Shown here: piece after piece, positions 1-30,000 of the stretch
How positions within the stretch are numbered: the stretch's first letter is position 1
Layout: the number at the start of each line of letters is the position of its first letter
Assembly: GCA_012295275.1 (NCBI GenBank)
Contig: CM022665.1
Location: 33,356,001-33,420,000, forward strand
Direction of reading: 5' to 3'
DNA from: Chrysomallon squamiferum
Lineage: Eukaryota; Animalia; Mollusca
Length of the DNA stretch: 64,000 nt
Notes under the pieces: model-generated
Told to the model about the DNA's origin: nothing
The model's database searches: none
What the model saw: the letters and a program-made list of their open reading frames with translations, nothing else
Translations under genes and position numbers: made by a program

Positions 1-67
1 TTTCAATTTTTCTTTTTTAACTGTTAAATAATTCAATTACCCCTCCAGTGATCACACCCTCTCCGGA

Positions 68-115
<48 letters not shown>

Positions 116-323
116 ATCATAATAATAACAGTAATAAATATTCATTTCTGATATTTTTTCTTAAGATAACTTACTTTATATATGCTTTAAAATGGCAGAC
201 AAAAAGAATAAATAATAATAACTGACGTCAAAAGAACAAAGCAAAAGAACAAAGTATTTTGTAATGACAGTTGTTCTAACTGTCATTACAAAATACTGAA
301 ATGTTTCTAGTGTGTTTACTCAC

Positions 324-17336
<17,013 letters not shown>

Positions 17337-20199
17337 CCTGTCAGCTTCACTTTTTTCTCGTTTTTAATTATTGTTTATTGACTTATTCTTATTGTTGTTC
17401 CTGTGTTTGACAGAATTAAATAAAGCCTTCTAAAGGACTTTTATAAAAAAAACCAAAACAAATATAAAACTGTTAACTAACCCAAGCAGACGTATTTCAT
17501 TACTGAATTAATCGTCTTGGTTTTCAGTAGTGTTGACTGATGCATCTCGTATGCAGGCATAATCCTGAAATGATCACGATCAAAACAAATCAATATTTTA
17601 TATCGTTTCAGCCTCTACCCAGAATTCCTCTAGACAATGGGAATATATGAATAGCTAAAGGATAACATGGGAAATGCATTGCATTCGTTTTTCAGCAAAT
17701 AAGTAATGTTCGATATTGTAATTTTATATTGTTTTTGTGTCGCTGTAACTTGAAGAAATAAATGGTAGAACAATTTAGTATTTTCGACGAAACAGTAATA
17801 AACAAATTACAAAGTATATCTTTTTTCTGTTACTACTTTTCGGCTTAAAATTATAATCACATACAAACAAACACACAAAAATAAATAAATAAATAAATAA
17901 ATAATGAATTAATAAACAACAACAATAATAATGATTAATAAATGAACCAAGTATGTTTTTCTCCACTTTGTTGATCCTTTACATTTGTTAGGAAAGTGAG
18001 TGTACAACTTTTCGTTGTTCTTTTTTCATTTCGTCTTTTTGTTGAAAATGGAATCAAGTTTCATTTGTTCCAAACTGATCTAAAATCATCGTATATTAGC
18101 TTAATCAAGTTCCATATTTCGATGGTTTTGAACTGGAATCTGGGACTAACCCCCAATGAACAAATGCCTACTATTCTAACAACACTATAAAAAAAAGTGA
18201 GTTGAGAAAACAACAGCTAATTTCATTTAGTTTTTGTATCATTTAGGATTGCAGGATAAAAAAAAATAACTGGTTACTGCCTTAAGACATCAGCTTTATC
18301 AGGTCAAATGGTGATAGTCAGTCATTCTGACCTTTGAAGGATAAAGCTGGTATCTTAAGATAATAACAAATAAAACCCTGTGTGTGTGTGTGTGAACAGA
18401 TTGTCTGTTGAATGAAATATACTGTAATACAGTGAGTACAAAGTAAGAAACAAACATTTGACTAACATTTGAACTGTAATTTTAGTTTGTTTTATATAGT
18501 TAAAAAAAAAAAAAAAAAAAAAATTATACAATTATTGTGTACAAATTTTCTGAAACAAATGGATGAACTGTCTAGAAAGCTCTGTAGGCCTAGCTTTACG
18601 TATATTACTATATTCTTTTCAGTATTAAAAATAAAATAAAAGAAACATATTCAGGAATATTTTTTTTTTAAATGTGGAGATCGTAATCAGCTATTTATTT
18701 TCAGTGGTTTTATTCTAAGATACAGTTTGGATGAATTTAAATCCAAACTTGCTGTGCTGTTTTCTATCTGGGAAATCTGTATTAATAAGCACCACTTACA
18801 TGTGTGATAACGTTTTTAATTGTATTGTGGATATAATAAATAAATACATTCTTCACAGAAATCTGAATTAACAGGTATTTTGTAAACTGTAACACTTTAT
18901 GCATAAGCTGACATTATGGAAAAGCCACATATCGGGGAAATATAAAAAGTCCTGATTTGTCACAAGTTATGTTTTAACACTTGACAATACAATTTATTTA
19001 CTTTATAAATGTTAATTAGCTTTAATCCTTTTTTTAATTTGTATAATTAATTTTCCACTTGAAATACTTTAGTAACAGCTACTCAGTTTAGCACTATAGA
19101 CATTCAATCAAACTAGTAAGTGGTTATGAGAAATAATTTAGAAAATCTTTAGGATAGATTTTTGCTTTTATACTGAAGTAAAAAATATTAAATAATTTGT
19201 GCAAAAATTCAAATGTATATATATATTTAATTAGTAGCATGAAGCTATTTATGTTATGCTGTCATGAAAAGCAAACATTAAAATGTATTCACTTTTATTA
19301 ATACAATGAAGACAAATGTAATACAGTATGTGTGTGAAAAATTGATTTTTTTTATACCAGCAATAAAAACATGATAGATATAAATCAATATAATTCTTAC
19401 TGACAAATCTAAAAGCTTTGTAATATAACAAGGTACTAAAATGTAGTAAAAATATAAATGATAAAAACTGAGATCGCTGCTTGTGAATAACTAAATCAGA
19501 AGTTGCTTGACTTTTTTAGCTACCACCCCCCCCTTTATAAAATATTTCATTCTCATGAAAGCCAATATATATATCTTTTTTTAAATACATATGTAAGTAG
19601 TCTAATAAAAATGTTTAATTGTGAGGAACTAAATTTATCTTTTAATTATTGTGATATCATTTAAACAAATTTTAAATATATATGTATAATTTATGATTCA
19701 TGGTTTTCATTTCCTAAACTGAACTTTAGTAAATATTCAAACTGTAAGCACTTACAACTTCTCTGTAAACATATATGAATCTGTGCTGGTTATCTCAGAC
19801 CATTTTGGTGATCACTGTTTTTAATTTGTTATCCACAAACTATATTGCAGAAGTAAATGTAAAAATTGTACAAAAAATATTTATCTGTAATAAATAAAAT
19901 GGACCTGCAAATACATAACTGATTTAACTGGATATATCAAATCAACTTCTGTTTAAAGTCCTATTTAAAATGATTTGATATTTCATTTGTCACCATCATA
20001 AATTAAAGGTAAAGTTAGTAGTTAATTACATTAAGTCACATTTGAACATTTTATAAATTACAATAAATTCCAATACAAAGTTATCTCATGTTCCGAAGTT
20101 TGTGCATTTTAAATATTTATAATAATTTTGTGTGTTGGGAAAGTCATTCTGAATTGTTCTGAAAATAGTTACAATTTTAATAAATAGTTTTTGAGCCAT

Positions 20200-21029
20200 T
20201 TATTTTGTACATTTCTGGAGAATCTTCACCACTTTATCTTCATGTCCCCATCTAGTCATAATCTGAAAAAATCCAAAGAATTTTAGTCCAAGAATTACTA
20301 AATTATAGTTATACATGTTCTTTATGTACATTATTGGTTTGTACATTAAAAAACCTACCTTAGAATGAAAGATTACCAACAAAAAGGTTTTGTATAAAAT
20401 GTAATATCACCTACCAGTTCTGTGTACCACTGATTTATGATAGCAAAATAAGAATCTCTGATGTAATTATGAATAAAAACAAGTAATTAATTTTGTTAAG
20501 TTTCTTTTAATTATTATTTACCTTGTCCCATATATCAGGAGGTTGGACAGTCCTTTGTGATGGTGCAGAGCTTGGTCTCTTTCGATTTGGTGCTGGACCT
20601 AAAAACAAATTCAGATATTGTCCATAAACATCTGTTTCATAATATTTATAATCTACTGGCCCAAAGATGCCAACAGAAAAAAAGAAAAAAATTGTAAATT
20701 AATTATGCTTTTTTTCTATTTATTTATTTGTTTTATTCACTATCTTTTTTTCTGAAGAGCTCATAATATGGCATAAATCTAGCCACATTTTCAACCAAGC
20801 CAAAAAAACCTTTCTCATTTATACATTTGTATGGTTACAATGTTACTTTGAAATTGTTTTTATGTGTGTTTCTATATGATTGTTAAAACAAGGTGAGATC
20901 TATTCTATTGAATGAATGCAATATTAGTTTTTAATACATATTAAAATTCACAATAATAACACATTCTCTGTAGGATTATGTCCTCTCAATGTGAGAGGCA
21001 ATGAATAGAAAAAAAACCAGTAATAATAT

Positions 21030-21061
<32 letters not shown>

Positions 21062-24000
21062 ATAAAATAAAATAAATATTAAATTTAAATATCCAAATAT
21101 GAAATAATAAAAAAATATGTATGTGAAAATATTCATATTAAATATTGATTTCTGCAAAATGACATTGTGAAGTTACTGCTTTTTAACTGAGTACACTGTC
21201 TTTCAGGAACTGTTTTTGAGTGAGGACTTACAGTCACAACTCTTCATAATGCTGATATTCGTGCTCAACTAATATTGGTATTATAATGAGTTGATTGGTA
21301 TTATGAATTTACTGACATTATAAATTATTACTACATGACCAAACCTCAGTACTGTCCCTGAAAAACCAAAATGCTTTGTCAGATGTCTTAGAGAATAACA
21401 AGACATATACAGTAATATATCCCTTTATTTTGAATTTTTGGTATGTTTTTAAGCAGTAACAAACAAATTTAAAAAAAATTAAAATATTTATAACCACTGA
21501 ATCATTTACATCATCTATATTGTTGTCATTTATTTTTATTCAAAGAATTGAATGAAAAATGTTTGTTTTAAAGTCATAGATATTAGGAAATCAATATACA
21601 ATACAAAACATAAGAAAAGGGAAGGGGTGGGACACATTTCTTTACAGACAAAATGAGCATGTGCGTTGTGTTGTCACACTGTTCAAGTACCAACATGTGG
21701 CTGGCTAACAAGATACTAACTTAAAAGCAATTTGATAGTGCCACACCAAGTTGATTTTCTTTGAAGATTTTGAAAATAACTATAGAGAAAAACATAATTT
21801 TTATTCATGAAATACAACATAAAATGAAACTTGTTTTACCTGAATATTTGTATAGATTTGATGGCTGTAGACAAAAATGGCTCATGACAGTTTATTGGGT
21901 AATTTTACCATATGTTTGTGTTGGCATATGGAGGCAAAATGAGGTAAATTTATGATCAGTGCTCATAAGCATAGCAATGTACTGAAGGGATTATAAATAG
22001 AGATCTGATTTTATATGAAAGTGCATTGTCTACCAATTGGCAGCCTTTGGATGGCTAATAAAACAAATTAATTTCATTGGATTCTTAACTGAAATTTTCT
22101 TCTTTTAATATGAAAATATTATTAATTTATATGAGGTCTTTGTCATGTGAAAGTTGGAAAAAATTTTTTTATAAAAATTTTAAACTGAAAAAAGTTAACA
22201 AGATGCAACTGCATAGACATAAGTTGTGTATTGGATGGTGTATGCTAACATGCTGAGGTGTATATGTGTGACTCATCCATTTAGCATGACTTATTGAGCA
22301 CAGCATCAAAGATGGATAATATTCACTGTTTCAGAAGGACTCAAGTACTTGCTTCAGACCTAAAGAACTTAATCTTTTTCAACTAACTCTGTAGTCCACT
22401 GAATCAAATGTTTACTGTATTAGAAAGTATACTACCATTAGTAACCGCTTTCAGCGTTGAGTTGACCTCCTTTCTAAGTTCTCCACTAGTATACATCAAC
22501 ATTGCCATCAACATGTTTGAACCACCATGATGATGGAACAGATCCCGTAAACGATGATCACTTGACACCAGAAGTCTTATCAAAATTAAAGCTAAAAAAA
22601 GTTCAATATGTTTTAATTAAATTTAATTTAATTATTATAATCAAATTAAAAACTAAGACTCTATAAAAAGCTTAAATAATACTTTAAAGACAATTGTACA
22701 TAAAAAAATATATCACTTATGCTGAAATTTCAAATTAAAATTAGCCACTCTTAGCTCCAGTCTTTGGGCAACTGAGCAAATTCTTAATTTGTTAGGAATA
22801 CCCCCACTGTCATGTAGATACTGTTCATGGTTCACTGTGCTGCCTGGTAAAAGCTCTGCACTGTTATGTCACACTAAGAGGCCCCCAAAAATAGGATGTC
22901 TTTTCATTCAAGAACATAACTCCAGCTCTATGATTTACATTTGTCATGGTATAAAAGTCACAGCATTGTATGCTGAAAACACTGAATTTTTTGATGCCCA
23001 CATATGCTTAAAGGGATCGCAGAAAACACACATTTTACAAAAAATGCATTCAAGTCTCAGCACATCATGTGGTAAATAGTTTTGAAATTGTCTAACTGTA
23101 TAAGGAATGTAGTTTATGTGTGCCGTCTTTCTGCAGACATATGGCAGATGGTTTTAGTTTACCTGTGGTGGTGGATTACCTATGCCCCTCATATTAATTA
23201 TAAGTAAAGCACTTTATTATTGCTAATCTTTCTTGTGGTATACATATTTTATTCAGGTATTCAAAAATACCAATCATTAATAATAATAACATAATAATAA
23301 TAATAATAACCTACATGAAACATACAGAATTTAATTATCTCTCTCATGATATCACAGATACATCTACCAGTGCTATACCAAAGAACCTTTATGGATCTTA
23401 TTCCTATACTGTACTCATAACAAGTCTATTGATGATAGAGTTTTGCTCTAGAAATCCAGTGGTGCTTTTAACTTTACTACTGGCAGTTCTTCAGCTAACG
23501 TTACTATTATTCTATGACAGACATTGAAATTTAAAAAAAAGCATTTTAACTTGTTTAATACATACCAATAATTTCCAACATTTCATCATCTTCATTAATA
23601 CGAATGAAATCAATAAGTTTTGGAATACAGCCAAGTTCTGATAACTGCATGCATGTTTCAACCTTTAAAAAGAAAAAGAAAATTCTCAGTGAATAAAATT
23701 GTTCAGTGGCTACTAAAATAGTTGTAATCAGTAATGATGAGGTTAACAGTTACAGATAACTCAGTTTGATTATGCTTATTTTAATGTTTGACTTAATTAG
23801 GATAATGTTTTAATTTGTCTTTCTTCTCTTTTTTGTATCACAAGTACTACCAGTCAATCAAACTGTAATAAATAAAAGAAATATGGAAATGTTAAGGCAT
23901 AATTTAGTGAAAATACATGACTTCTTGGTGGTCAAAACAACCTCTCTTGACTACAGAAATCACATAAGTTAATGTAACATTTTGAGCTCACGTGTGACTC

Positions 24001-27000
24001 TAAAAGATAGTTCCATATGCTGCTTAACATAATGCATACAACAGCTTTTGCAGAAAAATTGGCTTTACATTTTTTATTAACTTCTACAATGAAACAACAA
24101 ATTCAGTGATATGTATCATTAGAATTTATGTATTTTTGGAGGTCACTATATGCTAACTTGATTCAATTTTGGTGGGATGACATTTATCACATTTTGTGAC
24201 TAAACTCTTCATATATTATTCTATGTTCACATGATATCAATAACAGTTAACACTGAAATGGATTTTGAACATTACTTGTTTTAAAATTAGCTGTATAAAC
24301 AATTATTTCATAGGCTATTACTTTCTGGGTAGATATTAGACTTCAAGGGAATTTGCATTGACTGATAAAACTGACATCCATGGTGAGTCACTGATCAGTC
24401 GTTCTTTCTGAGTGCCTAATGCAACTTAAAAAACAGTAATAAGTAACATATTTTTAAAATCTTATGAAAATGATTTGTATCAAATCTAACAGGTGAACAC
24501 ACGTGGCAGTAAATACCAGTTCAAACAGATGCTGTTTATTACCCTTAAATCCTATCATCATTTCAAGGCATTGCTACTTTTCACAAAAATGATTAATTTA
24601 ATTACCAAAATTAAAAAATACAGTGTTTGTTTATATAACATATTAGAAACTTTGTTAAATCTGACCAATAAAACATACCAGTTTGAGACAATGTTAGTCA
24701 TTGCATGAAGTACATATACAAATTATAATGCTAATCAGACATCAAAACTTACACTTTCATGTAAGACAAGATCATGAATTAAGAGCAGTGAATTCTTTCG
24801 GATATCTCTAGACTTGCTGAAGAGACCATTTAGGATGTGAGAACCACAAGAAACAATTGTTGAGTGTCTGCACTGCTGAGCAATAGACTTGGTTAAGTCA
24901 ATTGTAGGATGAATTTCTTTCATTTTTAAGCTTGTCTTTTCTGCATTTTTTGCTGAAGCTGGAAGACATAAGTCAGACATATTCAGAACTATATTCTGTT
25001 GCTACATGAATATTTTTCCTTTAAATCTTTTTAAATATATATATATATATATTTTATTATTGTTTAGTTTATTTTTCTACATCAAATGGCTGGTTTTTAA
25101 AATAATTTGCCATTAAAGCCAATATCTGATGATACAAATACTGATAAAAAAAAAAAAAAAAAAAAAAAATGATTTGTAAATATTTTAGGTTAATGTTGTT
25201 ACATTGACAATAATATAGAACTGTTAACAAATATCCTAGAGCCACCATATAAACTAATCTTATTCAGCCATAAGTGAATTATTCAAGAAAGGCTAGTTAA
25301 TGTTTCTTAATTTAGGTAACCTAAAAGTAAATTTTATTAAGTGTTGTTATTGCTGTGTGATAAACAGTCAACCTCCTGCCTTAAGGTGGGGAATCAGCAA
25401 AACTAATATGCAGACTGATATCAACACAAACTACAATGGAGTTTTATCTGAACAATATACTGAAGTGAAACACTGCATGTAAAATATAACAGACTAAAAG
25501 ATTATACAGATTGGACATAAAAGAACTTTGTATTTTGGAAGCATTCTGATTAATTTTTCATTACTGTATAATTACTAATTTTAAAGATGATCACATACAT
25601 ACAAGCATATGTATGTAAATGTAACAATTTATTAAAAAAATTATTTCAAAAATAATATCCATTTTCTATTTAGCACAAGCTCCAAAAATCAGATAATTAC
25701 TGGTTTATAAAATGAACTTTGAAATATTTTTTAACTATAAAATTATTTAGAATATAATGGATTCTTTTTCTGAAAACTCTAGAAGGTACTTAGAGAGCTG
25801 ACTGATCTATAAACTACTTGATGTTGTAATGAACATAGGAAAATGGTTGTCTCCAGATATTTTGTCATGGTACAATTTTATTGTTCTACTTTATTAGTTA
25901 AGACTGGTTGACATAGAGTGTGAACTATGATAACATAGAAGTATGCACAATATAAAATTAAACTTTCTTTGTTTCAGCAAAGATTTGCTTTAAGAAAATT
26001 AAAAAATATATTTACCTTATTTATGATGGCTTAATGTATGTAGAAAACTTAAGTAAAAAATCAAGAAAAGTTTAATATATTTTCATTGGCACTTTGTTCC
26101 AAAAATTTAAAAAAAATTCTATAATGTTATATCTTACTTGTTTGTATCCCATGGATAGAAAGAGGTGAAGATGGTTGTACTCTGACTGAATTTCTGATCA
26201 TTACAGCTTCTTGTGTAGGTAACTGTTGTAATACCATTCGTCTCTCTCCTTCAGAACATGCAGATCCAGGTCTAGAGGTTTTTTTGTGTATTAGGATTGA
26301 AATAATTAACAAATGTTAAACATGTTTTAACTTACACTATTCAAATCAATGACTAGAATAAAAATAGAGTTTCAAAATTTCTATCCACTCTGTTTATTAT
26401 CTATTTTAAACATCTAGTTATTTGAATTAAATGAAAACAATGATACAACAGTTTTTAATAAAACTATAATATATATCTTTTTTATCTGTATAAAATTAAA
26501 CTATTGAGAATCATCTGTAACATTACTGTTGGATTCAGAACAAATTACATTTTCTCATAGGGTCATTCCATGTCAAATCACCCCCCCAAAAAAAGAAATT
26601 TAAACCCGACAGTCTCAGATTTTTATAAAACTTGGTATACTTGTTGACTGGGATCCCACAGCACCAAATCTGAAATATTAGCTCAATCGGATCAGTGGTG
26701 TGGGAGATAAGGCCCATCGAATTTTGAGATTTTTGGCAAAAATGGGCGTGACCACCAACCTTTGAACCCTCATATCTCAGGAACCACTGGGCCAATCTTC
26801 ATAAAATTGGTATTGTTGAAAAGGCAGTATGACAAGAATTCCAAATCTGCCATTTTTGGGATACATTTACCTTTTGACCTTTGCTATGACCTTGAAATTG
26901 ACCGTGTGGATCACGTGACCTTGAGATGACCTTTATTGAAATTTAATCTCCCACATGTTAACTAAAACATATAAAAGTTTCCTGGGTGTAATATTTTTTG

Positions 27001-30000
27001 TTTAGCCACAATATAGATTTAAAAAATGCACATACATGAAAATAACACCTTTTCAGCCATTAACATCTGATTAACTAAAACCTGAATATGTCCGGGAATG
27101 AAGGATACAGTGAGCATTTGAAACAGATGGTGAGAAGGTTAAGCATCAGAAACACCTAGTTCTGTCAGATTTATGTGAACTTTATGCATACATGTAGGCC
27201 TACAATGTCTTACTCGATGATTAAGAAAGATGGTGGTTCCTAGCATCCAGAATTGATCGTTTAGGTTTTAGTTAATCAGATGTTAATGGCTGAAAAGGTG
27301 TTATTTTCATGTATGTGCATTTTTTAAATCTATATTGTGGCTAAACAAAAAATATTACACCCAGGAAACTTTTATATGTTTTAGTTAACATGTGGGAGAT
27401 TAAATTTCAATAAAGGTCATCTCAAGGTCACGTGATCCACACGGTCAATTTCAAGGTCATAGCAAAGGTCAAAAGGTAAATGTATCCCAAAAATGGCAGA
27501 TTTGGAATCCTTGTCATACTGCCTTTTCAACAATACCAATTTTATGAAGATTGGCCCAGTGGTTCCTGAGATATGAGGGTTCAAAGGTTGCTGGTCACAC
27601 CCATTTTTGCCAAAAATTGCAAAATTTGGGGTACCATATCTCCCACACCACTGGTCTGATTGGCCTAAAATTTCAGATTTGGTGCTGTGGGATCCCAGTC
27701 AACAAGTATACCAAGTTTTATAAAAATCTGAGATGGTCGGGTTTAACCCATTGGGTGATTTGACACGGAATGACCCCATAATTTTATTACCAAAAAAACA
27801 TTTATACAGAATACACAGTTAAAGGTAGAAGATACTTAGAAGGTAAAACAGAGATTCTGCTGATCTTGCTCAATGACATTCTCTATTTGTTAATAATTGT
27901 TTATTATCCTGCAACCCAGCAAACAAAGAGGTAGATCAGTGCTTTTCACTAAATTATATTAATAACCTTCATAAACATACTTGCTCTTGAAAATTCTCTT
28001 CACTTACATGTATACATTATTATAAAGTAAAAATACAATTCAAAGTAGACTGTAAACTACATAAATCTATTTTTAAAAGTTTGTATTTACTTGATGCAAA
28101 TATAGTTTTTGGTCTCTCTGAAAAATATATCCAAATGAAGATGCCATGAGATTTAAGGTACTAAAACGATTTTTCTATGAGAAGAAACAAGAGTATCTGC
28201 CAATCATCTAGGTGTATATAAGGTACAAACCAACAATGTGTTTGATATTATATAAATGTAACAAAACAGTAATAACCATCACTGAAATATCAAAAAGCAG
28301 AATATTAACACACCAAAGAAGACACCTGTAATAAGGCTATATATACTTTCTAGAAACAAGTACACAACCAGTTAAACCCAATCCAATATTTTATCAACAA
28401 ATAAAAACAAATATTACCACAGCAAACCTCATTTCAAATGAAAATGACTGTGAACATAACAGACTGAAAACAGTGAAAACAAATGCAATCAAACACATGG
28501 GAAAAAAATGAACATAAATATCAAAACACCTGGAGATCAGAATCAACTTGTGTCATTTCTGTAACTGAATCAGTTTCATAATCAGACAGCAACTGATACA
28601 AAATATTACCTTTGAAAACAAGATATGATATAGTATCCAGATATAAACAAACAAAAAAGAAATGCATTTGATTAAGATAGCATTGAGATATTACCTAACT
28701 CCTGGTTGTTCTTTACGAATTTTTTCATTATATGAAACTGGGAGTTTTTCTTGTAATGGTTGAATTACACATCTCAGTATCTTTGTGGATAAAGTCTGAA
28801 AAAACAGAATTCTCATTATTCTTTTCACTTCAACTTTATACTTTGCTGAATGTAAGTGAACCAACAACAAAAATAATACAGACAGACATCAATTTACAAT
28901 CTATGCAACTTATGTCTTCAACTTTATGACTGCATGTCCGATAGAAGTCTTAATGCATGTTATGAACTGAAATACAGAATATACAAAGGACTGACATGTT
29001 GTAGTGTAAATTGTATTTGAGTTAAACTAATTAAAGGATGTATATAAAGAAACTACATTATGTATGAGTTAAGGTTGAGATAATGTGATTGCATTCACTA
29101 ATATGGGTTCAACTAACTGATCGAAAATTGATGACTGTCTGCATATTTTCAATGCTAACTGAAATAATTTATATGATTATGTTTGTAAAATCTGTAAAAA
29201 TAATAAAAATAGATGCTACCTACTTCATTTTCAAAAATAAGTTCAGTTATATTCTTTATTTGCATGTGTGCTGGTGGAATCTTGGAATGTTACATGAATC
29301 AGCCTAGCACTGTGGATGAGGGCAGCATAATTTCATAATGAAAAATTAATATTCTGGTTTCCATTTCAAAGCAGTGTAAATAGAAATGTAAAGTAATAAA
29401 ATAAAACAATAAAGAAAGAATTTCTGACTCACCTTTATTATGGAACAGCAAAGGATAAGAAAATAAACTAATCAAGAACTCACTCTAATTTGTGGATTAT
29501 CATGACTGATAAAAGGGGAGACAATGTGAATCAAATCTTCTTCAAAGAGTCCCTTTCTAAGAAATCTCTGCTCGGTACTTGTTTCCCTTTCTATCAGGTC
29601 TAGTTTTTTCTTATCAGTCAGATATGGGATATCTAAAGAAGAGTAATAATTTATTCTGTTTGTCAGATATTGTTTATCCAACATCCACAGATTCTGTTTA
29701 GGTAACATTGCTGCCTTTTCATGTTTTCTGATGCATCCAAATGATTTAATCTTTTTCTGTCCACACGTTGAAATAGCTATGCAGAGAAACAAGTCAAGAA
29801 GACTTTGAATAAGAAGACATTCCTCAGGACTCAGACATTCATGCCTAGGTGTCCTTCTGGGTGTCAGAGAGATGGAGTCCTGATACTGAGGTGATACTGG
29901 TGATCTTAGACGATGACTTCTTGACAGAACTCTTGCTGACAAAGGACTGCTTCTTGTTTGAAGCTTTTCTGAAAACTTGCTCAAGATCAAAGCAGCCTGC

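Noticed and set aside
26535-26795. Three-member '[12 protein letters not shown]' ORF family (also 27551-27763 and 53774-53989)
   Set aside because: They come from the TIRs of the Sola2-like element, start at TTG, and the fourth arm does not retain the ORF.
29433-29483. Premature stop suggesting the ARM gene is a pseudogene
   Set aside because: An earlier donor (AGA|GTGAGT, exon end 29484) splices in frame to 28795, so the TGA is intronic.
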